From assembly GCA_965228475.1 (NCBI GenBank), contig OZ245817.1, forward strand, positions 2,336,001 through 2,400,000: a stretch of 64,000 bases of DNA, written 5' to 3'. The DNA comes from Myxococcota bacterium. GTDB taxonomy: Bacteria > Myxococcota_A > UBA9160 > JAFDDA01. The notes beneath the pieces are model-generated. The model saw nothing but the letters and a program-made list of their open reading frames with translations, ran no database searches and was not told the DNA's origin. The number at the start of each line of letters is the position of its first letter. Within the stretch, counting starts at the first letter, position 1. A program made the position numbers and the translations under genes. This document shows, piece after piece, positions 46,292 through 55,947 of the stretch.

Positions 46292-46368
46292 GGGCGGGGC
46301 GGTAGCACACGTCCGTGGGGGAGCGGGGAGGCGAAGGAGTCGCGGCCCGGCGAATCGACGGATTCACT

Positions 46369-46396
46369 ACTTTACATAATCTATCTTATCGGACGT
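46369..46396 (-). other. dif: Chromosomal dif site (XerC/XerD recombination site)
   Basis: Minus strand ACGTCCGATAA-GATAGA-TTATGTAAAGT has the 11-6-11 architecture and a XerD arm close to E. coli TTATGTTAAAT. It is a conspicuously AT-rich patch in an intergenic region. Confidence 0.88.
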
Positions 46397-46489
46397 TAGC
46401 GAGAAGAGGGCGAGGGAGCGAAAGCGGGCCAGGGCCCAAGGGTCGCGGGCCGGACGGCCTGCTGGGGGCTTCGGAGCGGCCGAGGCCGC

Positions 46490-47254
46490 CTAGCTGGCGG
46501 AGGCGCTGCGGAGCGACTGAGCCGCGCGGAGCTCGCGCAGCCGCGCCACCGTGTGGGCCGGGACTTCGTCGAGCACGGCGGCTTCTTCGAGCTCGGCGAA
46601 CAGTGCGAGCGCGGCCTCCGGCTCGCCGGCTTCGATGCGCGAGCGCGCGGCCGCGGCCAGCGATTCCCAGCGGCCCGGGAAGTCCGCGATCCGGCCCGCG
46701 CGTTCGTGGGCTTCGGCGGCAGCGGTCCATTCGCCGGCGTCCTCGTGGGCCCGGGCCGTTCGCCCGAGCAGCAAGGCCGCCAAGGCGGAATCCGGATCGA
46801 CGGAGTCGAGGCCGGCCTGCCAGGCGTCCTGGGCCAGATGCGGTGCTCCGAGGGCTTCGTGGAGGTTCCCGGCCTCGAGCATGGCGAGCGCTCCGGCGGC
46901 GGTTCCGGCGTGCTCGGCGCCCACGGCTTCGAACCGGCCGACGTAGGTCTCGCGGGTGGTCCGCGCGACCTCCGGGTTGGCGGGCTCGAGGATCTCGATG
47001 TCGTCGGGCTGCGCGCCCATCGCCGTCAGGTACTCGGTCCGGACGTCGGCCAGCGCGGAGGCGCCCTCCTGCTCGCTGCGGTCCGCGTAGCCCGAATACA
47101 GGTCCGTCCCCAGCGCGATCGCGAGGATCGCCACCGCCGCCACGCCGAGCAGAATGCGGTTCTCGGAGACCCAGCCGGCCATGCGATCGAAGCTCTCCTC
47201 GATCTCGTGCAGGGTCTCTTCGGCCTGATTCGGTTCGTCTCGACGGCGCGCCAC
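46490..47254 (-). CDS. YfgM-like membrane-anchored TPR protein
   Basis: N-terminal WVSENR plus TM helix, then TPR-like helices. Lies downstream of der. Confidence 0.7.
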   Translation of the reverse strand: MARRRDEPNQAEETLHEIEESFDRMAGWVSENRILLGVAAVAILAIALGTDLYSGYADRSEQEGASALADVRTEYLTAMGAQPDDIEILEPANPEVARTTRETYVGRFEAVGAEHAGTAAGALAMLEAGNLHEALGAPHLAQDAWQAGLDSVDPDSALAALLLGRTARAHEDAGEWTAAAEAHERAGRIADFPGRWESLAAAARSRIEAGEPEAALALFAELEEAAVLDEVPAHTVARLRELRAAQSLRSASAS

Positions 47255-47335
47255 GGCAGGTTCTCCCGGAGTCTCGGTTCGGCCAGGCTCGCCTGGCGGG
47301 GTCTCGGTCTCGGTTCGATCTCGAAGCGGCGGAGT

Positions 47336-48688
47336 CTAGCGCCGTCCCTCTCCGCGGCGATGGCGAAGCAGCAGCCGCACCGGGGTCCCCTGGAGCCCGA
47401 AACGCTCCCGGAGCTGGTTCTCGAGGAAGCGCACGTAGCTCTTCTGGATCGACTCCGGCGCGCTGCAGAACAGGACGAAGGTCGGCGGCGCCTCGGCGGT
47501 CTGGGTGGCGTAGAGGAACTTCACGGGCCGCCGGCGCGAGCCACGCTGGGCCATGGCCGGTTCATGCTTGTTCGTTGCGTCCTTCAGCCACTCGTTGAGC
47601 GCCGAGGTCTCGATCCGCGTGTGCGCCGCCGCGGCGAGCTGGCGCACGAGCGGCAGGATCTTCCCGCAGCGCGCCCCGGTCTTGGCGGAGACCTGGAGGA
47701 CCGGCGTATCGGACATGAAGCGCAGGCGGCGCTGGATCTCCTCGACCGTCCGGCGGCGCTGGGGCGCGTCCTCCTTGGCGGCGAGGTCCCACTTGTTCGC
47801 GAGCAGCGCCGCGGCCCGGCCGCGCTCCCGGGCCATGCCGGCCACGCGGACGTCCTGGTCCGTGACGCCCTCGTTCGCGTCGATCACGACCAGCGCCACG
47901 TCCGCACGCTCGAGGGCGCGCAGCGCCATGTAGGCCGAAGCGCGCTCGGTGCCCTTCTCCCGGCGCCCGGGCCGCCGGAGGCCCGCCGTGTCGATCAGCA
48001 CGAAGTCGCCGTCCTCGGTCCGCAGCAGGCTGTCGACGGCGTCGCGCGTGGTTCCCGGCACGTCCGAGACCACGACGCGCTCGTCCCCGAGCAGCCGGTT
48101 CGTGAGCGAGCTCTTGCCGACGTTCGGGCGCCCGACCAGGGCGATGCGAATCACCCCTTCGAGTGTTTCCTCAGGGGCTCCGGACTCCGGCACCTCGGCG
48201 ACGAGCGCCTCGAGGGCGTCGAAGGCGCCCGTGCCGTGCTCGGCCGAGACCGTGCGCAGGGGCAGCCCGAGGCGGTGGAACTCGGCGGCGCGCGCTTCGT
48301 GCTTCGGCTGGTCGATCTTGTTCACGACGAGCAGCAGCGGCCGCGAGCCCTTGCGCAGGGTCCGCGCGATCTCCTCGTCCTCAGGCAGGAGCCCGCCCTT
48401 CCCGTCCACGACGAACATCACCGCGTCGGCCCCCTCGACGGCCTCGCGGGCCTGGGCCTGCACCGCCGCCTCGAGCCCGGCTTCGGCCTCCGGGTCGAGC
48501 CCCGCGGTATCGACGAGCAGGATCTTCCGGTGGCCGAGATCGACGGTCTCGGTGATGCGGTCGCGCGTGACGCCCGGCGTGTTCTCCACGAGCGCCCGCC
48601 GCGATCCGGCGAAGCGGTTGAACAGCGTGCTCTTCCCGACGTTCGGGCGGCCCACGATGGCGATGATGGGGAGAGAGCGGTCGGCCAT
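47336..48688 (-). CDS. der: Ribosome biogenesis GTPase Der (EngA)
   Basis: Two GTPase domains (GRPNVGKS twice, DTAG twice, NKID and NKWD) and a KH-like C-terminus. Confidence 0.97.
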   Translation of the reverse strand: MADRSLPIIAIVGRPNVGKSTLFNRFAGSRRALVENTPGVTRDRITETVDLGHRKILLVDTAGLDPEAEAGLEAAVQAQAREAVEGADAVMFVVDGKGGLLPEDEEIARTLRKGSRPLLLVVNKIDQPKHEARAAEFHRLGLPLRTVSAEHGTGAFDALEALVAEVPESGAPEETLEGVIRIALVGRPNVGKSSLTNRLLGDERVVVSDVPGTTRDAVDSLLRTEDGDFVLIDTAGLRRPGRREKGTERASAYMALRALERADVALVVIDANEGVTDQDVRVAGMARERGRAAALLANKWDLAAKEDAPQRRRTVEEIQRRLRFMSDTPVLQVSAKTGARCGKILPLVRQLAAAAHTRIETSALNEWLKDATNKHEPAMAQRGSRRRPVKFLYATQTAEAPPTFVLFCSAPESIQKSYVRFLENQLRERFGLQGTPVRLLLRHRRGEGRR

Positions 48689-48815
48689 GGCGGCGCAACC
48701 ATAGCCTCGTCCGGCGCCCTGCCCTGCCCGGACCGGCCTTCCCCGATGGACCCGGCTCCCGGGCCGCAGCGCCCGCAGCCTTCGTGGCCAAATCCGCGTC
48801 ACGGCACGCGTTTGC

Positions 48816-48845
48816 TTGACATTTCTTCTCGGCGGCCCGTAGAGT
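48816..48845 (+). promoter_or_regulatory. Sigma-70-like promoter
   Basis: TTGACA(48816-48821)-18 nt-TAGAGT. Confidence 0.6.
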
Positions 48846-48902
48846 CGGCGACTGAAACGACCCTCGTGGCGACCTCGGTCGGCCCGAAAGGGAGGAACGC
48901 AA

Positions 48903-49376
48903 GTGAGAAGCCACGAAACTCGGAACAAGGCTCGGATCATGGCTCGGACCCTCGGGCTGGCCCTGGCGCTGGCCGTCGTCGCGGGCTCGCCGGGCACGGC
49001 CCAGGCGACCGGGGAGACCCTGAAGCGCGCCACGAGCAACATCCTCATGGCCCCCTTCGACATGGTGATGTCGCCGATCGTCGCGGGAAAGACGATCGTG
49101 ACCAACATGCAGGAGATCGACGATTCGACGGGCGTGCGTGTCGCCTACGCGGTCCCCGGCTACATCTTCCTGACCGGGATGCAGCTCGGCGCCTCCACGA
49201 TCCGCGCGATCAGCGGCGTCCTCGAGTTCCTGCCCGGCCTCGGCCTGCTCTTCTTCGACACCGACCTCGACCCGCTCTACGACCCCGTCGAGAACGGCGA
49301 CGCCATGGTCGACTACGACACCCGATTCCTGAACATGAAGTTCGGGATCGACTACACGGGCGCTTCGGCCTACTAG
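48903..49376 (+). CDS. Secreted/membrane protein resembling the TIGR04073 exosortase-associated family
   Basis: SD GGGAGG, signal peptide, TLKRATSNILMAPFDM...IRAISGVLEF helical pattern. Family resemblance is from recall only. Confidence 0.5.
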   Translation: MRSHETRNKARIMARTLGLALALAVVAGSPGTAQATGETLKRATSNILMAPFDMVMSPIVAGKTIVTNMQEIDDSTGVRVAYAVPGYIFLTGMQLGASTIRAISGVLEFLPGLGLLFFDTDLDPLYDPVENGDAMVDYDTRFLNMKFGIDYTGASAY

Positions 49377-49425
49377 GCTCGGCGCCCGTGCCAGCGCCCG
49401 GCGGGTCCCCCCGCCGCGGCGCGGC

Positions 49426-50373
49426 TCATTCCGAGAGGAACCGCTCCACCGCGCCGGCGACGGCCTTCTCGTCGTCCGGGTGGAACCACTGCACGTCCGG
49501 GACCCCGCGCAGCCAGGTCCGCTGGCGCCGCGCGAAGCGGCGCGTGTCGGCCTTCATGGCGGCGAGCGCGTTGACGACGGTGTCGACGCCGTCGACCACC
49601 GGCTGCATGTGGCGGTAGCCGATGCCGCCCATGGGCTTGAGCTCGGGCCCGTAGCCGCGCTCGCGGAGTCCGCGCACCTCGCGCAGCAGGCCCGCCTCGA
49701 TCATCTGCTCGCAGCGCAGCTCGATGCGCCGGTCGAGTTCGTCGGTTCCCGGGTCGACGGCCAGGTGCAGCACGCGGAACGGGACGGCGCCCGGCGCCCG
49801 GTTCTCGGCCCGCTGGGCGGCGGTCTCCCCGGTGCGGTGCGCGAGCTCGAGGGCCCGCACGAGGCGCACCGTATCGTTCGGGTGGAGCTCCCGCGCGCGG
49901 TCCGGATCGAAGCGCTCGAGCTCGCGGTGGAGCCAGCCCGGGTCGCCCTGCTCCCGGGCCTCGCGGGCCTGGTCTTCCAGGCGCTGGCGGAGCTCCGGGT
50001 CCGCGCCGCCCCCGTCGACGAGGCCCTCGAGGAAGGCGCGCACGTAGAGCCCCGTCCCGCCGACCACGAGCACCGGCTGGCCCTTGGCATGGAGGTCCGC
50101 GGCGACGGCGCGCGCGTCCTCGGCGAAACGCGCCGCGTTGTAGGGCACGTCGGGAGCGACGACGTCGATCAGGTGATGCGGGACGCGGGCCCGTTCGGCG
50201 AGGCTCGGCTTGGCCGTCCCGATGTCGAGGTAGCGGTAGACCTGCATCGAGTCCGCGCTCAGGATCTCGGCGCCGATCGCCTCGGCGAGGCCGAGCGAGA
50301 GCCCCGTCTTGCCGGCGGCGGTCGGGCCGGCCAGGACGACGACGGGCGGTTTCTCTGCGGGGCTCTCGGACAT
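49426..50373 (-). CDS. miaA: tRNA dimethylallyltransferase
   Basis: GPTAAGKT, ADSMQVY, DIGTAKP, GGTGLY and TRRFARRQRTW. Confidence 0.97.
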   Translation of the reverse strand: MSESPAEKPPVVVLAGPTAAGKTGLSLGLAEAIGAEILSADSMQVYRYLDIGTAKPSLAERARVPHHLIDVVAPDVPYNAARFAEDARAVAADLHAKGQPVLVVGGTGLYVRAFLEGLVDGGGADPELRQRLEDQAREAREQGDPGWLHRELERFDPDRARELHPNDTVRLVRALELAHRTGETAAQRAENRAPGAVPFRVLHLAVDPGTDELDRRIELRCEQMIEAGLLREVRGLRERGYGPELKPMGGIGYRHMQPVVDGVDTVVNALAAMKADTRRFARRQRTWLRGVPDVQWFHPDDEKAVAGAVERFLSE

Positions 50374-50424
50374 GGCGGCGGAGCCTAGCAGCGCCGGTCG
50401 CCGGGGCTCGCGCGGGCCTCGGCG

Positions 50425-52362
50425 CTAGCGGCGCGAGAAGAGCCGCTCGATCGCGTCCCGGGCCAGGGGGACGGCGACCGGCCGTCCGTGGGGGCAGGTC
50501 GGCGCCCAGGGGATCGTGTCGAGCTCGGCGAGCAGGGCGCGCTGCTCTTCCGGGGCGAGCTGGTCTCCGGCCCGCCGGGCCGAGTGACAGGCCATGGTCG
50601 CCAGGCGCAGGTCCGCCTGGGAGAGCGTGCGGCTGCCGGGCTGGAAGCTCGCGCCGGCGTCGCGCGCGCCCGAGACCTCGTCGGCGAGATCGCGCACGAG
50701 GCGTTCGGGGGATCGGCCCGAGAGCAGCGCCGGGATCGCCCGCACCACGACCGACGCCTCGCCGAAGGGTTCGACCTCGAAGCCCATGCGGCCGATCGCT
50801 TCCGCCGCCCCCTCGATGGCGGCCACGGCTTCGGGCGCGAGCTCCACCGTCTCGGGCATCAGCAGGGTCTGGCGCGCGACCTTCCCTTCGAGCCACTCGG
50901 CCCGCAGCCGTTCGTAGAGCACGCGCTCGTGGGCCGCGTGCACGTCGACGAGCAGGACCCCGTTCGGGCCTTCGCAGACGAGGTAGGTCGAGAGGACCTG
51001 ACCGAGGCAGCGGAGTTCGCCGAAGCGCAGCGGCGCCTCGGGGTTCGCGGACGGGAACGCGCCCTGCCCTTCGGGCGGCGCTTCGCCCGCGGCGGCGCTC
51101 GCCTCGGGAGTCCGGTTCCCGGCGAACACCCAGTCCGTCGTGCCGGAGCCCGCGGCCGGGCTCGGCGGGGCCGAAGGCGAGAACGCGCGCTCGAAGGCGC
51201 GGTCGGCGACGGCCTGGGCCGGCGTCGCTTCCGGGACGCTCCCGGGTTCGGTGCCGCTGCCCGTTTCGGCGGCGAACCAGCGCCGGGCGGCCACGGCCGC
51301 CGTGAGTCCGTCGCGCAGGAGCTTGTGGATCGCGCGCGGGTCGTCGAAGCGCACCTCCCACTTCGCCGGGTGCACGTTCACGTCGACGGCCTCGGGCGGG
51401 AGCTCGAGAAACAGCACGTGGGCCGGGAAGCGTCCGCGCGGTAGGACGTCGCGGTAGACGTTCATCACCGCGTGTCGGAGCAGGCGGTCGCGCACCGGGC
51501 GGCCGTTCACGTAGAGGTGCAGGCCGGCGGCCGTGCCGCGGTGGTATTCGGGCCGGGAGGCGAAGCCGTGCAGGCGCGCCCTTCCCTCGCCGAGCGCCGT
51601 TTCGTGTTCGACGGCCACCATCGCCCCGGCGTCGTCGTCCGAGAGCACGGCGGCGATCCGGTCGAGGGGTTCGGCGACGCTCGGCCAGACCAGGGGTGGC
51701 CGTTCGTCGCGCCGGATCTCGAAGTGGACCTCGGGCCGGGCCAGGGCCGCGCGGCCGAGCCAATCCGCGGCGTGCCCCCACTCGGTGGTCGCGGTCTTCA
51801 GGAACTTCCGCCGCGCGGGCACGTTCGCGAAGAGGTCGGCGACCTCGATGCGCGTGCCCTCCGGGCCGGCCGCGGTGCGCGCGTCGACGAGCTCGCCGCC
51901 GTCGATGCGCAGCTCGAAGCCCTCGGGCGCGCCGCGCCGCCGCGTCCGCAGCCGGAAGCGCGAGACCGAGGCGATCGCCGGCAGCGCCTCGCCGCGGAAG
52001 CCGAAGGTGGCGATCCGGCGGAGGTCGTCCGCGCTGCGGACCTTGCTCGTCGCATGGCGCTCGACCGCCAGGCGGGCCTCCTCGGGCGACATCCCCGAGC
52101 CGTCGTCGGAGACCGCCACCAGGGCCCGGCCGCCGTCGCGCAGATCGACCCGCAGGCGCTTCGAGCCGGCGTCCAGGGCGTTTTCGACGAGCTCCTTGAC
52201 CACGGAGGCCGGCCGCTCGACGACCTCGCCTGCGGCGATCTGGTCGACGAGGGCGCTCGGGAGGCGTTGAATGCGCGGGCTTTCCCCCGTGGGGCGTTGC
52301 CCGTCTTCGCGCGCATCGGCGCCTGCTGCGTCGCGCGCTTCGTCCGAGTCGGCTCGCGCCAC
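50425..52362 (-). CDS. mutL: DNA mismatch repair protein MutL
   Basis: IAAGEVVERPASVVKELVENALDA, GFRGEAL, DVNVHPAK, endonuclease motif DVHAAHERVLYE and CPHGRP. GTG start at 52362 with AGGAGA SD. Confidence 0.97.
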   Translation of the reverse strand: MARADSDEARDAAGADAREDGQRPTGESPRIQRLPSALVDQIAAGEVVERPASVVKELVENALDAGSKRLRVDLRDGGRALVAVSDDGSGMSPEEARLAVERHATSKVRSADDLRRIATFGFRGEALPAIASVSRFRLRTRRRGAPEGFELRIDGGELVDARTAAGPEGTRIEVADLFANVPARRKFLKTATTEWGHAADWLGRAALARPEVHFEIRRDERPPLVWPSVAEPLDRIAAVLSDDDAGAMVAVEHETALGEGRARLHGFASRPEYHRGTAAGLHLYVNGRPVRDRLLRHAVMNVYRDVLPRGRFPAHVLFLELPPEAVDVNVHPAKWEVRFDDPRAIHKLLRDGLTAAVAARRWFAAETGSGTEPGSVPEATPAQAVADRAFERAFSPSAPPSPAAGSGTTDWVFAGNRTPEASAAAGEAPPEGQGAFPSANPEAPLRFGELRCLGQVLSTYLVCEGPNGVLLVDVHAAHERVLYERLRAEWLEGKVARQTLLMPETVELAPEAVAAIEGAAEAIGRMGFEVEPFGEASVVVRAIPALLSGRSPERLVRDLADEVSGARDAGASFQPGSRTLSQADLRLATMACHSARRAGDQLAPEEQRALLAELDTIPWAPTCPHGRPVAVPLARDAIERLFSRR

Positions 52363-52450
52363 GATTCTCCTTTTCCCTTGAGGACTTGGACGTATCATGT
52401 GCCGGTAGGCGTCGTCAAGGCGCCTCAGGGTGAATTTCCCCCGCAAACGC

Positions 52451-52481
52451 ATTGACAAGATCGCGGACCGGTCAATAGATT
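52451..52481 (+). promoter_or_regulatory. Sigma-70-like promoter overlapped by an inverted repeat
   Basis: TTGACA-18 nt-TAGATT, with ATTGAC (52451-52456) and GTCAAT (52471-52476) forming an inverted repeat. Confidence 0.6.
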
Positions 52482-52522
52482 CCAGCCCAAGGCCTCGGAT
52501 CGGGGATGGGGGGGATTTCGAC

Positions 52523-53491
52523 ATGGATGCCGGCCAAGACAACCGTGCCATGAAGCCGAGTGGCGAAGCCACGGAGGGGCCCGAAGCCCTCGGTCGCCCG
52601 CTCGGGCGAAGGCGCAGCGACCGCATCGTCGGCGCGAGCCGCGCGACCCAGCAGGTCGTCGAGCGCGCCACCGCCGCCGCCCGCTCGGACCTGCCCGTGG
52701 TGGTCCACGGGCCCTCGGGTTCCGGCAAGACCTTCATCGCCCGGGCCGTCCATGCCTGGAGCGATCGCGCTTCGGGCCCGTACCGTGCGCTGAACTGCGG
52801 GAGTCTCACGCCCTCGGCCCAGGCACGGGAGCTCTTCGGCGCCGCCGGGGAAGCGGGTGTGCTCGGCGAGCTCGCCGGCGGCACGCTCGTGCTGGCCGAC
52901 CCCGACGAACTGCCCTCGGCCGTTCGCAAGGACCTCATCGAAGCCATCCGCGCGCGCAGCTTCCGGCCCACCGGTGCGGACGCGCCCGTCGCCCTCGAAG
53001 CCCGGGTGATCCTCGTGACACGAAACGGGGAAGATCGTCTCCTCGGCGACCTCCCCCATCACGAGATCGAGCTCGTCGGCCTCGACGGACGGCGCGAGGA
53101 CATCCTGCCGCTCGCGGCGCAGTTCCTCGCCGTGCACGCCGAAGAAGCCGGCCATCGCCCCGTCGGGTTCACCTCGGACGCGCGCGAGTACCTGCTGACC
53201 GAGACCTGGCCCGAGAACGTGCGGGAGCTCGAGGAGCGCGTGCGCCAGGCCGTGCGCATCGCCGGCAACGGAGCGATCTCCGCCGAGGCGCTGATGCTCG
53301 CGGCGGAGTCGGCCGAGGTGCCCTCGTTCAAGGAAGCCAAGCGCGCCTTCGAGACGCGCTACGTCGAGGGGCTCCTGCGGCGCTGCGGCGGCAACATCAG
53401 CCGCGCCGCGCGTCTGGCGAAGAAGGACCGCAAGGACTTCTACGACGTGATCCGCCGCACGGGCGTCGACCCGCAGGAGTTCCGCGGCTAG
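52523..53491 (+). CDS. Atypical sigma-54-activator-like AAA+/Fis-HTH regulator
   Basis: GPSGSGKT, ALNCG, RELFG, WPENVRELE and GNISRAARLA. No GAFTGA loop and no N-terminal receiver. Confidence 0.8.
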   Translation: MDAGQDNRAMKPSGEATEGPEALGRPLGRRRSDRIVGASRATQQVVERATAAARSDLPVVVHGPSGSGKTFIARAVHAWSDRASGPYRALNCGSLTPSAQARELFGAAGEAGVLGELAGGTLVLADPDELPSAVRKDLIEAIRARSFRPTGADAPVALEARVILVTRNGEDRLLGDLPHHEIELVGLDGRREDILPLAAQFLAVHAEEAGHRPVGFTSDAREYLLTETWPENVRELEERVRQAVRIAGNGAISAEALMLAAESAEVPSFKEAKRAFETRYVEGLLRRCGGNISRAARLAKKDRKDFYDVIRRTGVDPQEFRG

Positions 53492-53539
53492 CCGGATCGG
53501 CAGCCTCGCCCGGACCCCGGCTCGGCTACGATCGCCCGC

Positions 53540-54343
53540 ATGCGTGTTGCCGTAGTCCAGATGTGCTCGACGGATGACCTGGCCGCGAACCTGAAGGCGG
53601 CCGAGGGCTTCGTGCGCGAGGCGGCCGAGGCCGGCGCGAAGCTCGTGGCCCTGCCCGAGAACTTCCCGTTCCTCCGGCGCGAGGGGCAACCGGTCCCCTG
53701 TCGCCAGCCGATCGACGGCCCGATCGTCTCCGCCGTCCGCGCCTGGGCCGAGGAGCTGGGCATCTGGATCCTCGCCGGAACCTTCCCCGAGACCCGCGCC
53801 GAAGACGAGCGCTTCCACAACACGAGCGTGCTGATCGATGCGCAAGGCCAGCTCGCCGCGGCCTACCGCAAGATCCACCTCTTCGACGTGGACCTCTCGG
53901 CGAGCGGCGGCGAGGCGTACCGGGAATCGACGAACGTAGCGCCGGGCGAAGACGTCGTGGTCGCGGAGACGCCCTTCGGAGGCCTCGGCCTCTCCGTCTG
54001 CTACGACCTGCGCTTCCCGGAGCTCTACCGGCAGATGGCGGACGCGGGCGCCCGCTTCCTGGCCGTGCCGAGCGCCTTCACGCCCCACACGGGGAAGGAC
54101 CACTGGGAAGTCCTGCTGCGGGCCCGCGCCATCGAGAACCAGGCCTTCGTGCTCGCTCCGGCCCAATGCGGGCGTCACAGCGCCGAACGGGCGAGCTACG
54201 GGCGCTCGCTGATCATCGACCCCTGGGGCCTCGTCCTGGCCCAGGCCGGGGATCGCCCGGGCGTGATCTTCGCCGATTGCCGGGCCGAGGATCTCGAGCG
54301 CGTCCGGGCCGGGCTGCCCGCCCTCGAGCACCGCCGCCTCTAG
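53540..54343 (+). CDS. Carbon-nitrogen hydrolase (Nit-like deaminated glutathione amidase)
   Basis: LPE, YRKIHLFDV, VCYDLRFPE and HWEVLLRARAIENQ. Confidence 0.93.
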   Translation: MRVAVVQMCSTDDLAANLKAAEGFVREAAEAGAKLVALPENFPFLRREGQPVPCRQPIDGPIVSAVRAWAEELGIWILAGTFPETRAEDERFHNTSVLIDAQGQLAAAYRKIHLFDVDLSASGGEAYRESTNVAPGEDVVVAETPFGGLGLSVCYDLRFPELYRQMADAGARFLAVPSAFTPHTGKDHWEVLLRARAIENQAFVLAPAQCGRHSAERASYGRSLIIDPWGLVLAQAGDRPGVIFADCRAEDLERVRAGLPALEHRRL

Positions 54344-54370
54344 CCGCCCCGCTTCGGCCCCGGAGCCGTC

Positions 54371-54396
54371 TCAAGGCCCGCCCGGGCCCTTCCGAT
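54371..54396 (+). promoter_or_regulatory. Sigma-28-like promoter
   Basis: TCAAG-15 nt-TCCGAT upstream of the FHA gene. Confidence 0.6.
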
Positions 54397-54447
54397 GCAG
54401 CGAGAGAGCCCCGGTACCGCCGGGGGTCGAGCCCCTGCGGAGGTGCC

Positions 54448-54855
54448 ATGGCGAACGATCCGTCCGAAACGAGCGACGTCCCCTGCCTGATCGTCGAGAC
54501 CGGCCAGTTCACCGGGACCCGCTTCGACATCGACGCCGAGGAGATGGTGATCGGGCGGAACCCGGCCAACGACATCGCCCTGCTCGATGACGGACTCTCG
54601 CGGGAGCACGCCGTGATCTCGTGCGATCCGGCGAGCGGGATCGCCACGATTGAAGACCTCCAGTCGAGCAACGGGACCAAGGTGAACGGCAAGCGCGTCC
54701 GCTCGGCCGAGCTCTGCCACGGCGACGAGGTCCAGCTCGGCCGCACGATCTTCCGCTTCTTCGAGCCCGGCCTGCCCCTGCACGCGCCGCGCACGGCCGG
54801 CGACGAGGACGAGACCCAGGCCCTCTCGGGCCCGAGCGTGCCGCCCCGGAAGTAG
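54448..54855 (+). CDS. FHA-domain protein
   Basis: IGR, SREHA and DLQSSNGTKVNG. Confidence 0.92.
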   Translation: MANDPSETSDVPCLIVETGQFTGTRFDIDAEEMVIGRNPANDIALLDDGLSREHAVISCDPASGIATIEDLQSSNGTKVNGKRVRSAELCHGDEVQLGRTIFRFFEPGLPLHAPRTAGDEDETQALSGPSVPPRK

Positions 54856-54862
54856 CCGCGCC

Positions 54863-55525
54863 CTAGGGCGTGGCGTAGGCGCCTTCGCGCCGGCGCTGCT
54901 CGTAGTGGCGCTTGATGTGGTCGACGACTTCGTCGATGTCGTCGGTCACGTGGAAGAGTTCGAAGTCGGCCTCGCTGACGGTGCCGCGCGAGAGCATCTG
55001 CTCGCGCATCCACTCGAACAGCCCGCCCCAGAAGTCCGAACCGAAGAAGATCACCGGCACGTCGGACATCTTCCCCGTCTGCTTCAGGGTCAGGGCCTCG
55101 AAGATCTCGTCGAAGGTGCCGAAGCCGCCGGGCAGGCCGACGAAGGCCGCCGCGTACTTCACGAACATCACCTTGCGCACGAAGAAGTACTTGTGGTTCA
55201 GCTGGATGTCGGCGTAGGCGTTGCCGAGCTGCTCCTGGGGGAGCCGGATGTTCAATCCGATCGACTGGCTCTTGCCCTCGGAAGCGCCGCGATTGGCCGC
55301 CTCCATGAGGCCCGGGCCGCCGCCGGTGATGACGTTGAAGCCGGCGTCGGAGACGCGGCGGCCGAGCGTCACGGCGTCGCGGTAGGTCTGGGTGTCCGGC
55401 CGGAGGCGCGCACTGCCGAAGATGGAGACGGCGGGCCAGAGCGGCTGGAGGGTTTCGAAGCCTTCGACGAATTCCGCCATGATGCGGAAGACGCTCCAGG
55501 TGTCCTTGATTCGGGAATCGGTCAC
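54863..55525 (-). CDS. LOG-family (TIGR00730) nucleotide monophosphate nucleosidase
   Basis: SIFGSAR, TGGGPGLMEAAN, YFFVRKVMFVKY and PGGFGTFDE. Confidence 0.92.
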   Translation of the reverse strand: MTDSRIKDTWSVFRIMAEFVEGFETLQPLWPAVSIFGSARLRPDTQTYRDAVTLGRRVSDAGFNVITGGGPGLMEAANRGASEGKSQSIGLNIRLPQEQLGNAYADIQLNHKYFFVRKVMFVKYAAAFVGLPGGFGTFDEIFEALTLKQTGKMSDVPVIFFGSDFWGGLFEWMREQMLSRGTVSEADFELFHVTDDIDEVVDHIKRHYEQRRREGAYATP

Positions 55526-55565
55526 GGTTCTCCTCGGCTCCCCGCTGCGGGGGCCTCGATGGTTC

Positions 55566-55591
55566 ATCGGACGCGCAAGTCCTCGACTTGA
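55566..55591 (-). promoter_or_regulatory. Sigma-28-like promoter
   Basis: Minus strand TCAAG-15 nt-TCCGAT upstream of the LOG gene. Confidence 0.6.
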
Positions 55592-55656
55592 AGCGCCCCG
55601 CCCCTCGGGAAACGCGCCCGTCCGCCCCTTCGGAACCCGCCCTTGGGCCAGGCGGT

Positions 55657-55947
55657 TCAGGGTTTCTTGAACAGGGCGTCGAGCTGCGCCTTGGCGTCGC
55701 TCGCGGCGGGCGCCGCGGCGGCGCCCCCTTCGACCCGGGGCGAGAAGTAGTCGCAGCGGTTGCCGCGATCGCGGTCGGCCACGCGCTCGGCGTTGGTCTC
55801 GCGACACTCGTTGTAGGCCGAAGGGTCGTGGTGCCGGCAGTTCAGGCAGACGTGGAGGTCGCTCGCACAGCGCTCGCACGCTTCGCGGAACCCGAGCCGC
55901 TCCGAGGGCGCAAGCGGCCGCTCCGTCTGGCAGGAATGACACCGCAT
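55657..55947 (-). CDS. Small Cys-rich putative zinc-binding protein
   Basis: MRCHSC...CERCASDLHVCLNCRHHD...NECRE...NRCDYF...LDALFKK. Confidence 0.75.
   Translation of the reverse strand: MRCHSCQTERPLAPSERLGFREACERCASDLHVCLNCRHHDPSAYNECRETNAERVADRDRGNRCDYFSPRVEGGAAAAPAASDAKAQLDALFKKP

Noticed and set aside
46315..46490. Phage or IMEX integrated at dif
   Set aside because: Only one dif-like copy was seen, and the flanking genes are chromosomal housekeeping genes.
48802..48816. Sigma-54 promoter CGGCACGCGTTTGCT
   Set aside because: GG-to-GC spacing is 9 nt rather than the required 10, and an overlapping sigma-70 TTGACA explains the site better.
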